This document shows, piece by piece, positions 55,316 to 64,000 of a stretch of 64,000 bases of DNA. Position 1 is the first letter of the stretch; each line of letters starts with the position of its first letter. Origin of the DNA: Thermoplasmata archaeon (lineage in GTDB: Archaea; Thermoplasmatota; Thermoplasmata; Lutacidiplasmatales; SKW197). The DNA lies in the NCBI GenBank assembly GCA_038874435.1, contig JAVZCK010000001.1, positions 154,255 to 218,254 of the forward strand. The letters are read 5' to 3'. A program made the position numbers and the translations under genes. The notes beneath the pieces are model-generated. The model was not told the DNA's origin. It saw only the letters and a list, made by a program, of their open reading frames with translations, and searched no databases.

Positions 55316-56338
55316 TCACGAAGATACCCGAATCACAAGCCCAAAAACTGAGGAAGTAGGGGAGTATGTATGTACTTCGTGGTATTCCACACTACTTTCC
55401 ATACCCTCCCCTCTCACATTTCTCTTTATCTCTTCCGCTTTTTTCTCTATTTCAGTTCTTTCGCATATTGTATAAAGAAAGATTTTCCCATTTTTTTTCA
55501 GTTTCTTTATGGCATCCAGTAAGAATTTTTCAGCACTGTGGGGTAGGTTCATAATGATGTAGTCAGCATCTGGCAGTTTCTGAATTTCAGCAACAGCGTC
55601 ACCGCAGGCCGGAAACACATTTTTTATATGATTACGTGCAATATTCTTAAGAAGCAAGGTGTATGCATCTGGGTTTTTGTCTATCGCATAAACACTTGCC
55701 TCTGGATGTTTCTTGGCAATTGTAATTGAAAAAGGACCAATGCCGGCAAACATATCGATTACGACGGATGGTGAAACAATTTCGGAGCATACAAACTGAC
55801 GTTCATTTGCCAATCTAGGAGAGAAGTAAACTTTTGCAAGGTCAACTTCAAAAACTAATCCATATTCTTTATGTAATGTGATAGTTTTTTTCTCACCTGC
55901 AACAAATCTAACCTTTCTAACTCTAAAATCCCCTTCTACACCCTCGTCTGCGAGCACTGTTTTAATTGATGGATGGGCTTTTATCAGAGCATTTCCGATC
56001 TCTTTCTCATATGGCTTGATAATTTCCACCAGTTTAATTATTGCAATATCTCCTACGATGTCAAAGCTTGAAGGGAGCTTTGCCTTAATTTCTGGGGGCA
56101 GTGAAAGAAGCTCAGAGTAATGTTTAGGTCTTTCGAAACTTCTCTCAAGCTCCATTTCAACAATATCTATATGTCTCTCTGCTAAAATGGTAAATCTATC
56201 TACTATCTCTTTTAAAGGAATATATACAAAATTCTCGTCTCTCTCGATTCTGTATTTGTTCTCAAATAACCCGATTTTTTTAATTTCTTGGAGAGCTTTG
56301 TCAGCATTTTGCCTTTCAACCTTTGCACATTTCACCAT
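55316..56338 (-). CDS. trm5: tRNA (guanine37-N1)-methyltransferase Trm5 (class I SAM MTase)
   Basis: 'VIDMFAGIGPFSITIAKK' SAM motif with the Trm5b/TYW2 architecture. 340 aa. Confidence 0.7.
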   Translation of the reverse strand: MVKCAKVERQNADKALQEIKKIGLFENKYRIERDENFVYIPLKEIVDRFTILAERHIDIVEMELERSFERPKHYSELLSLPPEIKAKLPSSFDIVGDIAIIKLVEIIKPYEKEIGNALIKAHPSIKTVLADEGVEGDFRVRKVRFVAGEKKTITLHKEYGLVFEVDLAKVYFSPRLANERQFVCSEIVSPSVVIDMFAGIGPFSITIAKKHPEASVYAIDKNPDAYTLLLKNIARNHIKNVFPACGDAVAEIQKLPDADYIIMNLPHSAEKFLLDAIKKLKKNGKIFLYTICERTEIEKKAEEIKRNVRGEGMESSVEYHEVHTYSPTSSVFGLVIRVSS

Positions 56339-56341
56339 TTT

Positions 56342-57220
56342 TTACACATCCACAACGATTTTCTCTTTTTTCAGATACGCCCTTGCCATTCTGGGTGTAT
56401 TGTATGCAAATCCAACGGTACCATCGCTCCTGAGAAGGATTATGCCAGCAAATGATCCTGTTTTCATCTCAAGGAATTTTATTACTTCTTTACAGGCGAT
56501 ATCTGGAGAAATGCCATTTTCAACAGTTTCGCACGCTCTAAATGTGATAAGACATCGTAATATTGCTTCACCATAACCAGTTGCTGAAGCACCTGCAATG
56601 GAATTTGCGAAGGCACCAGCGCCGGGGATCGGCGAATCACCGACTCTACCTGGTAGTTTGTGAGGAGTTCCTCCTGTGGAAGTTCCTGCAACTATCGTAC
56701 CATCTTTGTCAAGAGCTACAGCACCCACAGTACCATGATGAAAGAATGCACTTGGGTGAAGATTTTTCGTTTTCAAATCTTCAAATCTCTTTCTCTCCCG
56801 CTCTACCACAAAGTAAGAGTTATCCACAATCTCAAGTCCGTGTTTCCTAGCGTACTCATCTGCTCCATTTCCAGCAAGGATTGACACCTCATTTTCTCGC
56901 ATCAGTATTCTAGCGAGCTTTATCGGATTCTTTACTGTCTTTACGCCCATACAGGATCCGAAGCACATTCTATTGCCATCATACATTATGGCGTCGAGTT
57001 CAACCTCACCAGTTTTGTTGAGAAACGAACCTTTTCCTGCATCGAACACAGGATCATCTTCCAACCAGGCAATTGCAGCTTCTACTGCCTCTTCAGAAGT
57101 GCCACCATTCTTTAACAAGTCAAGTCCTATTTCCAGTGCTTTTTTTACGCCTTTGATGTGTGGTTCTACAAGCTCATCAGGGATATCCCATGCACCACCG
57201 TGTACAATCATGCTGTACAT
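56342..57220 (-). CDS. Isoaspartyl peptidase / L-asparaginase (Ntn-hydrolase, plant-type)
   Basis: 'HHGTVGAVALDKDGTIVAGTSTGG' contains the nucleophile Thr. Confidence 0.8.
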   Translation of the reverse strand: MYSMIVHGGAWDIPDELVEPHIKGVKKALEIGLDLLKNGGTSEEAVEAAIAWLEDDPVFDAGKGSFLNKTGEVELDAIMYDGNRMCFGSCMGVKTVKNPIKLARILMRENEVSILAGNGADEYARKHGLEIVDNSYFVVERERKRFEDLKTKNLHPSAFFHHGTVGAVALDKDGTIVAGTSTGGTPHKLPGRVGDSPIPGAGAFANSIAGASATGYGEAILRCLITFRACETVENGISPDIACKEVIKFLEMKTGSFAGIILLRSDGTVGFAYNTPRMARAYLKKEKIVVDV

Positions 57221-57268
57221 TCTGCCACCAAACGGGGCAAAAAGAAGGGAGATAAAAAGATTTATTTT

Positions 57269-58213
57269 TCAGTCATCTCGTACTCCATCCTCCGTTACAG
57301 AAAACACTGCCTCTGCCTCTGGGAGATTTGGAGAATCAATCAATCGCGCGATTCGTTTGTTGCCCTTACTTTTTCGCAAGTAAATTCTAAAGGTAGATGT
57401 GTGGGCCACAATGTTGCCTCCGATTGGTTTAGTCGGGTCCCCAAAGAATACGTCAGGTCTAGCTGAAACCTGGTTTGTGACAAGAATCACTGCGTTGTGG
57501 ATGTCACCAAATCTCAGTAGTTCATGCATGTGCTTGTTCAATTGCTGTTGTCGTTCAGCAAGTGCACCCCTGCCAATGTATTCTGCCCTGAAGTGAGCGG
57601 TAAGAGAATCCACAATGAGAAGACGGACGTTGTGTTCCTTTGCAATTTCATTCACTTTCTCCATCAACAGCATCTGATGATTGGAGTTGTATGCTCTTGC
57701 CACATGAATTTTTTTCAGGGCTTGAGTTGGATCCAGGTCAAGTGCACTTGCCATCTGGATAATCCGTTCAGGCCGGAATGTGTTTTCTGTATCGATAATT
57801 ATCGCCTCACCGTTTAGCCCTCCCACATCTTCAGAAAGCTGGACATTCACGGCACACTGATGTGCAATTTGGGTTTTACCAGAGCCAAACTCACCAAATA
57901 GTTCTGTTATTGCCTGGGTTTCAAAACCCCCACCCATTATCGCATCTAGTTGTTTGGATCCTGTGGTGAGATGTCCTACCTTTTTTCTCTTCTCGAGAAT
58001 CACATCTCCCGTCTCAAATCCACCAATCTCGGCCATCTTCCTAGCCGCCACAATTATCTTCTGGGCTTGTGCCTGCCCAAGTTCGCAGAGTTCTGCAAGG
58101 GTCTGAGGAGAGGAAACAGCGATGGACATTATGTCTGTAAATCCTGCCTCCCTCAATTTCTCAGCTGTAGCTTCGCCGACTCCAGGTATTTTTTCGATTT
58201 CGTCTTCTGCCAT
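57269..58213 (-). CDS. radA: DNA repair and recombination protein RadA
   Basis: N-terminal HhH domain and Walker A 'GEFGSGKTQ'. 314 aa. Confidence 0.9.
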   Translation of the reverse strand: MAEDEIEKIPGVGEATAEKLREAGFTDIMSIAVSSPQTLAELCELGQAQAQKIIVAARKMAEIGGFETGDVILEKRKKVGHLTTGSKQLDAIMGGGFETQAITELFGEFGSGKTQIAHQCAVNVQLSEDVGGLNGEAIIIDTENTFRPERIIQMASALDLDPTQALKKIHVARAYNSNHQMLLMEKVNEIAKEHNVRLLIVDSLTAHFRAEYIGRGALAERQQQLNKHMHELLRFGDIHNAVILVTNQVSARPDVFFGDPTKPIGGNIVAHTSTFRIYLRKSKGNKRIARLIDSPNLPEAEAVFSVTEDGVRDD

Positions 58214-58327
58214 TTTTTCACCGTGATTAAGGATGCAATGCGAGAATATAAACCTTTACAGGAGGGGTGAGTGAAAGTGCTACTTACTAAAATGAGAGCC
58301 AGTTCATAAATGAGCAGCTGAAAATGG

Positions 58328-61018
58328 TTATCTTTCCTTTAAGAATTTTTTGCTGGCCTCTATTGCACTCTTCAAATCCTTAGTGCGCAGGGCATCTAGC
58401 AAGTTTCTTGTGAGCGCCACTTTCTGATATCTCAAATTCTGTGGATGATAGTATCTTCCTCCTGTAAGAAGTGCAATTTCTCTTGCTAGATTTGAACCAC
58501 GTTCGGATATGTCCACGACAAGCACTTTGTAGCCAGAGTTCCATATCAACCTGCAGATTGAAAGAAGCTCTCTGCGAATGTTGCCGCCTGGTGTTATAGG
58601 CACATTTGCATTGCCAGTTGTGAGGAGAATGAGTATAGGCACGACGCCTACTCGGTCCCCTACCTTTGCATGGAGCACATTTAAGCCCGTCATCAATCCA
58701 GAGCCCAGTGGGGTAAGTCCCCCGAACTCAACATTTTTCATGTAACTGCCCACATATTCCACATCGGTGGTAAAGTTACACTGAACAGTTGCATGGTTAC
58801 CTGAGTAGGTCACAAGGGCGACCTGATCTCTCCTCTCATACGCATCCTTAAGCATGGAAATTACAAGGGAGGAAACGATTTTACCACGGATTTCTGGCTC
58901 TTCGTAACCACTAGTATCCACCACAAAGCAGAGATACACCGGTGTCCTAGTCTTCCTAATCTTTTCCTGGAAATCTTCTTTTTTGATTTCCACCACAAAT
59001 TTTGAGTTTCCTCTGCGCCCCTTTGCAGCAGCCACTCTAATTGTTGGCAGCAATGCAATATCTTGTGGATTTTCTCCTGCTTGTTTGTAGCCCACAACTC
59101 TCCCTCTACCTGCTGTCGCAGTGATTTCGGCAGCTTTGCTTCCTCTTCTCAACCTTGCACCCAATCTTGCACCTGTTCTGCTGAGTTCATCAAGGAGTTT
59201 CCTTATCACTGGATCTCGCTCACCAATTCTCAAACTTTTGATTTCCTCGGCGGCCCTGTGGATTGGTGACGCCCTTCGCATTGTAATTGCATCCATGAAT
59301 CTGTGAATGTCGGTCTCCACGTAATTGTTATCACATATAATATATACGGAAAGGATTTTTTCTTTCAGTTTTTCAAGATTTTCGCGCCTTAATCTTCCGG
59401 CTATAGTGATCACATCTTCGTCTCTCAGATCTTCCACTGTTTCTCTTGGAATCCGGAGACAAAGCAGATACTCGTTCTCTACGATTCTGTAGTTGTAGGT
59501 GCGACCCAACTGCCGCCTGTATTTGTCAATCGGGTCTTCTTCCTCAAGCCCTAGCTCCTCTTCCAGCGTTCTTGTAGGTTTTTTCTTCTTCCTTGCTCCA
59601 ATCTCGATTCTTCTTCCTTCAATTGTAAGGAGATATTCTGTATAATCTGGCTCCTCCCATTTCACATGGATAGCTTTTATTTTAGTGCCATCTGCAGTAT
59701 TGTAAATATCCAGAACGGCATCAGCGAGATTTGCAATCTTTGCATCAAATGACTTGGGGGCATTACGATTGTTAAGAACTACAAAAAGCACATCCCTTTC
59801 ATATGCTAGATTTTTTAAATTTTCCAGAAATTTTGTAAATTCTTCGCTTTCTGGATTAACTGTGTTACTTGAGAGTTCAATTAAAAACACCTTTAATGGG
59901 GAATACTGGAGGTTTTCAACTGCCTTTTTTATTCCCATCTCCAAGGATAGCAGGGTGCTTGAGACGGTTATGAGCCGTCCATCCTGGCTTATTGTTTCTA
60001 CTGTTTTATGCCTTCCCGTATACCAGTCTACGATGACACTCTTCTTTATATGTTCGGCCTCAAACTGCAGAGAAGAGAGGTCCATATACTCCTCAACAGA
60101 AATTGTAGAAACCACAACACCCATTGCACCAAATCTTGTCAGAAAGCTCGAGGCGATGGCGTTTCCTAAGGCCACACCTTCTCCGATTTTGTCAACCTTA
60201 ATTGAAATTATTCCTTGTCTTGGCACGGACCCAGTTTCGATGATGCGTTCAATGCCTGTAACATCAATTTTGACCTTGCTTGCAAGGCAACCCCTGAACA
60301 ATTTTTCCTTTGCCTTGATGTGCTCAGCGGTTTTTTCGTATTGATGCAGAATTCGCTGGGTTACATCAAAAAATTTCTTTAAACCAACATTGCCTTCTTT
60401 CTCCTCATAATAATTCAGAATTTCATTGAGGATAATGTTGAAAGTTTTCCAGTAATCCCCTGTAAGTTTTTTTTCGAATCTAATTTTTCCAACTTCAACC
60501 AGAATACCCGAAATATTTTCATCCACAATCTGCAGATCTTTTATTTTTCCATACAGTGGCTCATCAGGAGGAATGGGTAGTAGCAGTTCTGAGCAAAGCA
60601 ATTCAAAGAGGTGCATCGCGAAAAAATCCTCCCCAGCGGCCTCCAACACCTCTCGTGCCTCTTTTTCTTCATATGGTTTGATGATGGATGTAACATCATT
60701 TGCTAGCATACTAAGGACTATCTCAGTTTTTTCGCTGTAAGTTAGAATGTAGTTTTTCATTCGTTTTGCGATTTCCTGCTCTGTCTCAGATATAAGAACA
60801 TAAGTTTTTCTTAGAAACTCAAAAATAACATCAATTTCACCAGTACCTGCGATGGTTACAGTGTAAGAGGGTGTGACCTGGATTACCTTGAACCTGGGGA
60901 ATTTGATTGAAAAGTTTTTCATTAGAGATGTAATTTCTATATAGGAGTAACTTGTCCTCAACATTTTGAGAATTTCATTTGCCATTTGCAGTAATACCTT
61001 GTTTTTGTCTCCAAGCAC
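58328..61018 (-). CDS. Large hypothetical protein (896 aa) with a C-terminal von Willebrand factor A domain (ChlD/CobT-like tail)
   Basis: 'LCFVVDTSGY...ALVTYSG' gives the vWA MIDAS DxSxS motif. An acidic linker precedes it. No P-loop found in the N-terminal 600 aa. Confidence 0.5.
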   Translation of the reverse strand: MLGDKNKVLLQMANEILKMLRTSYSYIEITSLMKNFSIKFPRFKVIQVTPSYTVTIAGTGEIDVIFEFLRKTYVLISETEQEIAKRMKNYILTYSEKTEIVLSMLANDVTSIIKPYEEKEAREVLEAAGEDFFAMHLFELLCSELLLPIPPDEPLYGKIKDLQIVDENISGILVEVGKIRFEKKLTGDYWKTFNIILNEILNYYEEKEGNVGLKKFFDVTQRILHQYEKTAEHIKAKEKLFRGCLASKVKIDVTGIERIIETGSVPRQGIISIKVDKIGEGVALGNAIASSFLTRFGAMGVVVSTISVEEYMDLSSLQFEAEHIKKSVIVDWYTGRHKTVETISQDGRLITVSSTLLSLEMGIKKAVENLQYSPLKVFLIELSSNTVNPESEEFTKFLENLKNLAYERDVLFVVLNNRNAPKSFDAKIANLADAVLDIYNTADGTKIKAIHVKWEEPDYTEYLLTIEGRRIEIGARKKKKPTRTLEEELGLEEEDPIDKYRRQLGRTYNYRIVENEYLLCLRIPRETVEDLRDEDVITIAGRLRRENLEKLKEKILSVYIICDNNYVETDIHRFMDAITMRRASPIHRAAEEIKSLRIGERDPVIRKLLDELSRTGARLGARLRRGSKAAEITATAGRGRVVGYKQAGENPQDIALLPTIRVAAAKGRRGNSKFVVEIKKEDFQEKIRKTRTPVYLCFVVDTSGYEEPEIRGKIVSSLVISMLKDAYERRDQVALVTYSGNHATVQCNFTTDVEYVGSYMKNVEFGGLTPLGSGLMTGLNVLHAKVGDRVGVVPILILLTTGNANVPITPGGNIRRELLSICRLIWNSGYKVLVVDISERGSNLAREIALLTGGRYYHPQNLRYQKVALTRNLLDALRTKDLKSAIEASKKFLKER

Positions 61019-61138
61019 AATCAGGTTATGGGCTTTTTGGTATTTATTTTTATCTCACTTTTTAATTCTCGGTTTTTCTGTTGTGGGATTAGGAAACAAG
61101 GTGATGCTTTTAAATAATCGGTTTGTTTTTTCTTTTTC

Positions 61139-61972
61139 ATGAATGTTGCGGATGTGAAGGTGTGTGTGCTTAGAATTGAAGGCACGAATTGTGAGCTGGA
61201 GATGGCAGAATGCTTCAAACGTCTCGGTGCCCAGGCGGAGATAGTCCATCTGAAGCAGTTGACTGGGGATTGCTCTCCTGAGAAAAAGAGAGCATTAAGC
61301 GAGTATCAAATTCTTATGTTGCCTGGTGGATTTTCTTCTGGGGATTATGTTAGGGCTGGGGCAATTTTCGCTGCTAGAATGAAAAATGCATTGATGAAGG
61401 ATTTAGTGGATTTTGTAGAAAAAGGATATGCAGTAGGGGGCATATGCAATGGTTTTCAGGTTCTTGTTGAATTAGGTCTTCTGCCAGGGATAGACAAAAT
61501 CTATTCTGAGGTTCCAGAAATCGCATTAGGAATCAACGATTCTGCAAGATTTGAGTGTAGGCCCACCTATGTAAAATGCGAAAATGCGGGCAAGTGCGTT
61601 TTTACAAAGAACATAAGGAAAGGTAGAAATCTTCTAATCCCATCTGCGCACGCGGAAGGCAAGTTGATACTGCCAGAGGGTAAAGGTGAGGAAATGCTTC
61701 AACAGATGATAGAGAAGGATCAGATTGTATTTAGGTATGTAGATTATATGGGAAACTACACGGGCTATCCCTGGAACCCAAATGGCTCAATCTATAACAT
61801 TGCAGGACTGTGTAACAGTATAGGCAATGTGTTTGGCATGATGCCACATCCAGAACGGGTATTTTATAGAATTCAGCATCCGGACTGGACCCAAAACGAC
61901 ATTGGAGAAAATGTTGGGGATGGAAGAGCCGTGTTTGAGAGTGTTCTAAGCTATATCACCAAGAAATTTTAG
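61139..61972 (+). CDS. purQ: Phosphoribosylformylglycinamidine synthase subunit PurQ (glutaminase)
   Basis: 'LMLPGGFSSGDY' and 'GGICNGFQVL' are class I GATase motifs. 277 aa. Confidence 0.85.
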   Translation: MNVADVKVCVLRIEGTNCELEMAECFKRLGAQAEIVHLKQLTGDCSPEKKRALSEYQILMLPGGFSSGDYVRAGAIFAARMKNALMKDLVDFVEKGYAVGGICNGFQVLVELGLLPGIDKIYSEVPEIALGINDSARFECRPTYVKCENAGKCVFTKNIRKGRNLLIPSAHAEGKLILPEGKGEEMLQQMIEKDQIVFRYVDYMGNYTGYPWNPNGSIYNIAGLCNSIGNVFGMMPHPERVFYRIQHPDWTQNDIGENVGDGRAVFESVLSYITKKF

Positions 61973-62752
61973 TTTTCTCCTTGGCAACACTGCTGCTTTT
62001 CTGAGCAGTGTGTAAAATCCATTTTCATCGAATATCCACACGCCTTTTGTACGCTCGAAGTCCTTTACCAATCCAAACCAGTAAACTGCAACCCCAGAAC
62101 CGAAAAGTTTCACATATTCGCAGAACTGTTTTTTTGTATTATGTCTGACTTCAACAACATCCCCGAAGTTTGCCTTTGATTCTATCCAGTTAATCTGGAA
62201 GTTGCCAACACGTAGGGGCGTGAGCAACAGGGCATCAGGAGTCTTCCGCACTTTTCCCACAAGGTCCTTTTCAGTTCTGTAATCTATGTTTCGTTCGTCC
62301 AGTGCCATGTAAAGTTTCTCCTCGCCAACCTTTCCTCTTTTCTTTTGAATTTCCATGCCATTTGGTGAATACACAATGTCAGCTTCAGCTGCCTCTTCAA
62401 TCTCTTTCTTTATCCTAGGGTCTTCTATTTTTGCAGCATCCCTCACCCAACCCCAGAATTGTCGCCTTGTGGTCCCGTTTGCAGTGAAAAGCATAAAACC
62501 AAGGAGCAAGGGTGGAAAATCTCCGTATTTTCTTCCAAGTTCGCATAAACTTCTACCCGCATCCCATTCTTTCTTGATTACTGGCAGTTGCTTCTTGATG
62601 ATGTAGTATCTGTGTTTTACATCTCTAGAAACCTTCTGGGTGTATATCACCAGCACAAGTTCTTCGTTCAATCCCAATCTTCTTGCAACAGTAGGAATCT
62701 CTTCAAAACTTCCTATCTGTCTTGCTATGTTTATATAATCTTTCTGATACAT
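61946..62752 (-). CDS. Hypothetical protein, possible PD-(D/E)xK nuclease of the TPD-motif (CDIN1/C15orf41-like) family
   Basis: 'TPDALLLTPL...INWIESK' gives a TPD...ExK arrangement. 268 aa. Weak. Confidence 0.3.
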   Translation of the reverse strand: MYQKDYINIARQIGSFEEIPTVARRLGLNEELVLVIYTQKVSRDVKHRYYIIKKQLPVIKKEWDAGRSLCELGRKYGDFPPLLLGFMLFTANGTTRRQFWGWVRDAAKIEDPRIKKEIEEAAEADIVYSPNGMEIQKKRGKVGEEKLYMALDERNIDYRTEKDLVGKVRKTPDALLLTPLRVGNFQINWIESKANFGDVVEVRHNTKKQFCEYVKLFGSGVAVYWFGLVKDFERTKGVWIFDENGFYTLLRKAAVLPRRKLKFLGDIA

Positions 62753-62755
62753 TTC

Positions 62756-63736
62756 TTAATCAAACTCCTTTGTAAATCTTCGTTCTTCCACAACTCTTGA
62801 AATAATCTTATCTGAACCACACTGTGGACATGTGTCCAGAAGTTCTGCAGAAATGAAGGTACCACATTTTCCGCCTATGCACATAACTTCGTAAAGAATT
62901 TCCACATTTTCATCCGAGAAATTCTGGTATATATTTACGCACTGTGTACCAGTAATAAAGGTCGTAGCATCTCTGAACATCAATGTGTTCAGCTTTGTGT
63001 TTTCTTCTAATCGCTGGAGTATTTTTCCTGTTTTGTCAAAAAATAAGATTGAGTTGTTGAAGAAGCCAACAGCGATCCGATTCTCTGCGGTCTCGGAAGT
63101 GATAGCCGGCGAAGGTTCTTGCTGTACCCAGTACATGGTCCCATCATCTCTGAACATGAACACCCTCCCAGTTGCAGTGGTGTAAACATAAAATTGTTTA
63201 CCAATGCAAATACTCTTTATTATGTCGTTGCAGTTGAAATTCCAGAGTAGGTTTCCATTTGCATCAAACACGAGGGCTTCTCCTTTGTAAGTCCCAGTGT
63301 AAATTCGGCCCTCACTTACCTTCACGCATTCAACTGTGCCCTCAAATTTTTTATCCCAGAGTGGATTGCCTTCATTATCAAAGACCGCCATAGTGCCGCT
63401 GTTTGTAGTGTAAACCACAAAGTTTTTTCCAGCACTTATCCCAAATGGAAAGGAATCTACTTGCTTTTTCCATAGGACTTTCATGTCCTTGCTTACACAG
63501 TAGATATTCTTATCCCAAGAAGTGAGAAAAATTCTATCGTCAGAGGTTGCAATCCCTCTTATTTGTCCATTGGTCTTAAGAACATCAACTTCATTCCACT
63601 CTGAGTTAAATTTTTTCAATTCGCCGTTCTTAAGTCCGAGGAAATAGAACCCCCAGGCACTACCAAGAGAAATGACCTCATTCCCTGTTTTAACTCTCTT
63701 CACGAGCACGAACCTTGTCTTCTCAATACCCATCAT
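62756..63736 (-). CDS. PQQ/WD-like beta-propeller repeat protein with a C-terminal zinc ribbon
   Basis: Repeats such as 'GNPLWDKKFEG', 'GNLLWNFNCND' and 'GTMYWVQQEP', plus C-terminal 'CGKCGT...CPQCGS'. Confidence 0.55.
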   Translation of the reverse strand: MMGIEKTRFVLVKRVKTGNEVISLGSAWGFYFLGLKNGELKKFNSEWNEVDVLKTNGQIRGIATSDDRIFLTSWDKNIYCVSKDMKVLWKKQVDSFPFGISAGKNFVVYTTNSGTMAVFDNEGNPLWDKKFEGTVECVKVSEGRIYTGTYKGEALVFDANGNLLWNFNCNDIIKSICIGKQFYVYTTATGRVFMFRDDGTMYWVQQEPSPAITSETAENRIAVGFFNNSILFFDKTGKILQRLEENTKLNTLMFRDATTFITGTQCVNIYQNFSDENVEILYEVMCIGGKCGTFISAELLDTCPQCGSDKIISRVVEERRFTKEFD

Positions 63737-63963
63737 TCTTCCTCACCCCTCATAAATTTCTTTATTCTGTTAACCGTCTTTTCTCTTGTTTCCGACTTGC
63801 TACCAATTTGAAGATGGACTGAGATTGCATCTGTACCACCAATCACAAATTTTTTCTCAGCGTAAAGCATCTGTTTATCAATCTTCAGATGGATAGTCCC
63901 TTCCTCAATGTAAATCTCTGGATTTTTAAGCACTTCTTCAAAAACTCCATCTCGTTTAAGCAT
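63733..63963 (-). CDS. Small hypothetical protein. May extend beyond the window on its 5' side
   Basis: 76-aa ORF whose stop overlaps the downstream start (atga). No recognisable motif. Confidence 0.3.
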   Translation of the reverse strand: MLKRDGVFEEVLKNPEIYIEEGTIHLKIDKQMLYAEKKFVIGGTDAISVHLQIGSKSETREKTVNRIKKFMRGEEE

Positions 63964-64000
63964 CTCTTCGATGCCTATAAAATCGTTTACACTTCTTGTT

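Noticed and set aside
58328-61018. Calling the 896-aa protein a Mg/Co-chelatase D subunit.
   Set aside because: The C-terminal vWA domain fits, but no AAA+ Walker A or B could be found in the N-terminal two thirds. Naming it a chelatase would over-interpret it.

Overview
This 64 kb window looks like a chromosomal segment from an archaeon, probably a euryarchaeote (Thermoplasmatota or Thermococci-like), with moderate-low GC (~40-45% by eye).

Grounds for the archaeal call, all read from the sequence:
- Archaeal ribosomal proteins S15/S13e, S19e, L31e and L39e, plus aIF6, RadA, a Trm5-type tRNA methyltransferase and a RecJ/GAN-like DHH nuclease.
- Two tRNAs, one of which carries an intron at the canonical 37/38 site.
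- A-rich stretches followed by TATA boxes ~25-30 nt upstream of start codons, and leaderless or short-leader starts.

Gene content in order along the window:
1. The 3' end of thrS and an lplA-like lipoate ligase.
2. A Tad/type-IV-pilus-like operon: a pilin-like glycoprotein, two paralogous FlaI/TadA-family ATPases and two single-domain TadB/TadC-like membrane proteins, followed by a SplB-like radical SAM protein.
3. A stand-alone DUF835-like gene (RecA-fold, no Walker A).
4. An intron-containing tRNA-His directly abutting a four-gene cytoplasmic group-3b-type [NiFe] sulfhydrogenase cluster (beta, gamma, delta, alpha).
5. tRNA-Leu(CAA) and gcvT.
6. About 15.5 kb taken up by two giant genes of 3768 and 1358 codons encoding modular Asn-rich right-handed beta-helix surface proteins. 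The larger one has a cytoplasmic N-terminus made of a degenerate KaiC-like domain plus a DUF835-like domain.
7. A cluster of three KaiC-like genes, two of them with a lost or degenerate Walker A.
8. rps15 with a RecJ-like DHH phosphoesterase.
9. An 835-aa beta-propeller surface protein that shares the same N-terminal anchor module as the giant proteins.
10. nadX, then an acyl-CoA dehydrogenase with etfB and a ferredoxin-fused etfA.
11. A 1.9k-aa membrane-anchored subtilase.
12. A ValRS-like class I aminoacyl-tRNA synthetase with an intact HMGH motif but no KMSKS.
13. An RDD protein, aIF6, L31e, L39e, a PDCD5-like protein, S19e, a GalT-family protein, Trm5, an asparaginase, radA, a large vWA protein, purQ, a TPD-motif nuclease-like protein and a PQQ-propeller protein.

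No CRISPR array, transposase or rRNA was seen.

The most unusual content is the 16.3-31.8 kb region and its paralogue at 36.8-39.3 kb. This is a family of doubly membrane-anchored, hyper-sequon-rich beta-helix or propeller surface proteins. They share a cytoplasmic 'TNGL' motif, a signal anchor and an 'IDGxFxDWQG' domain. They are linked to cytoplasmic DUF835 and KaiC-like pseudo-ATPase domains and to neighbouring KaiC-like genes. This may be an uncharacterised envelope or signalling system.
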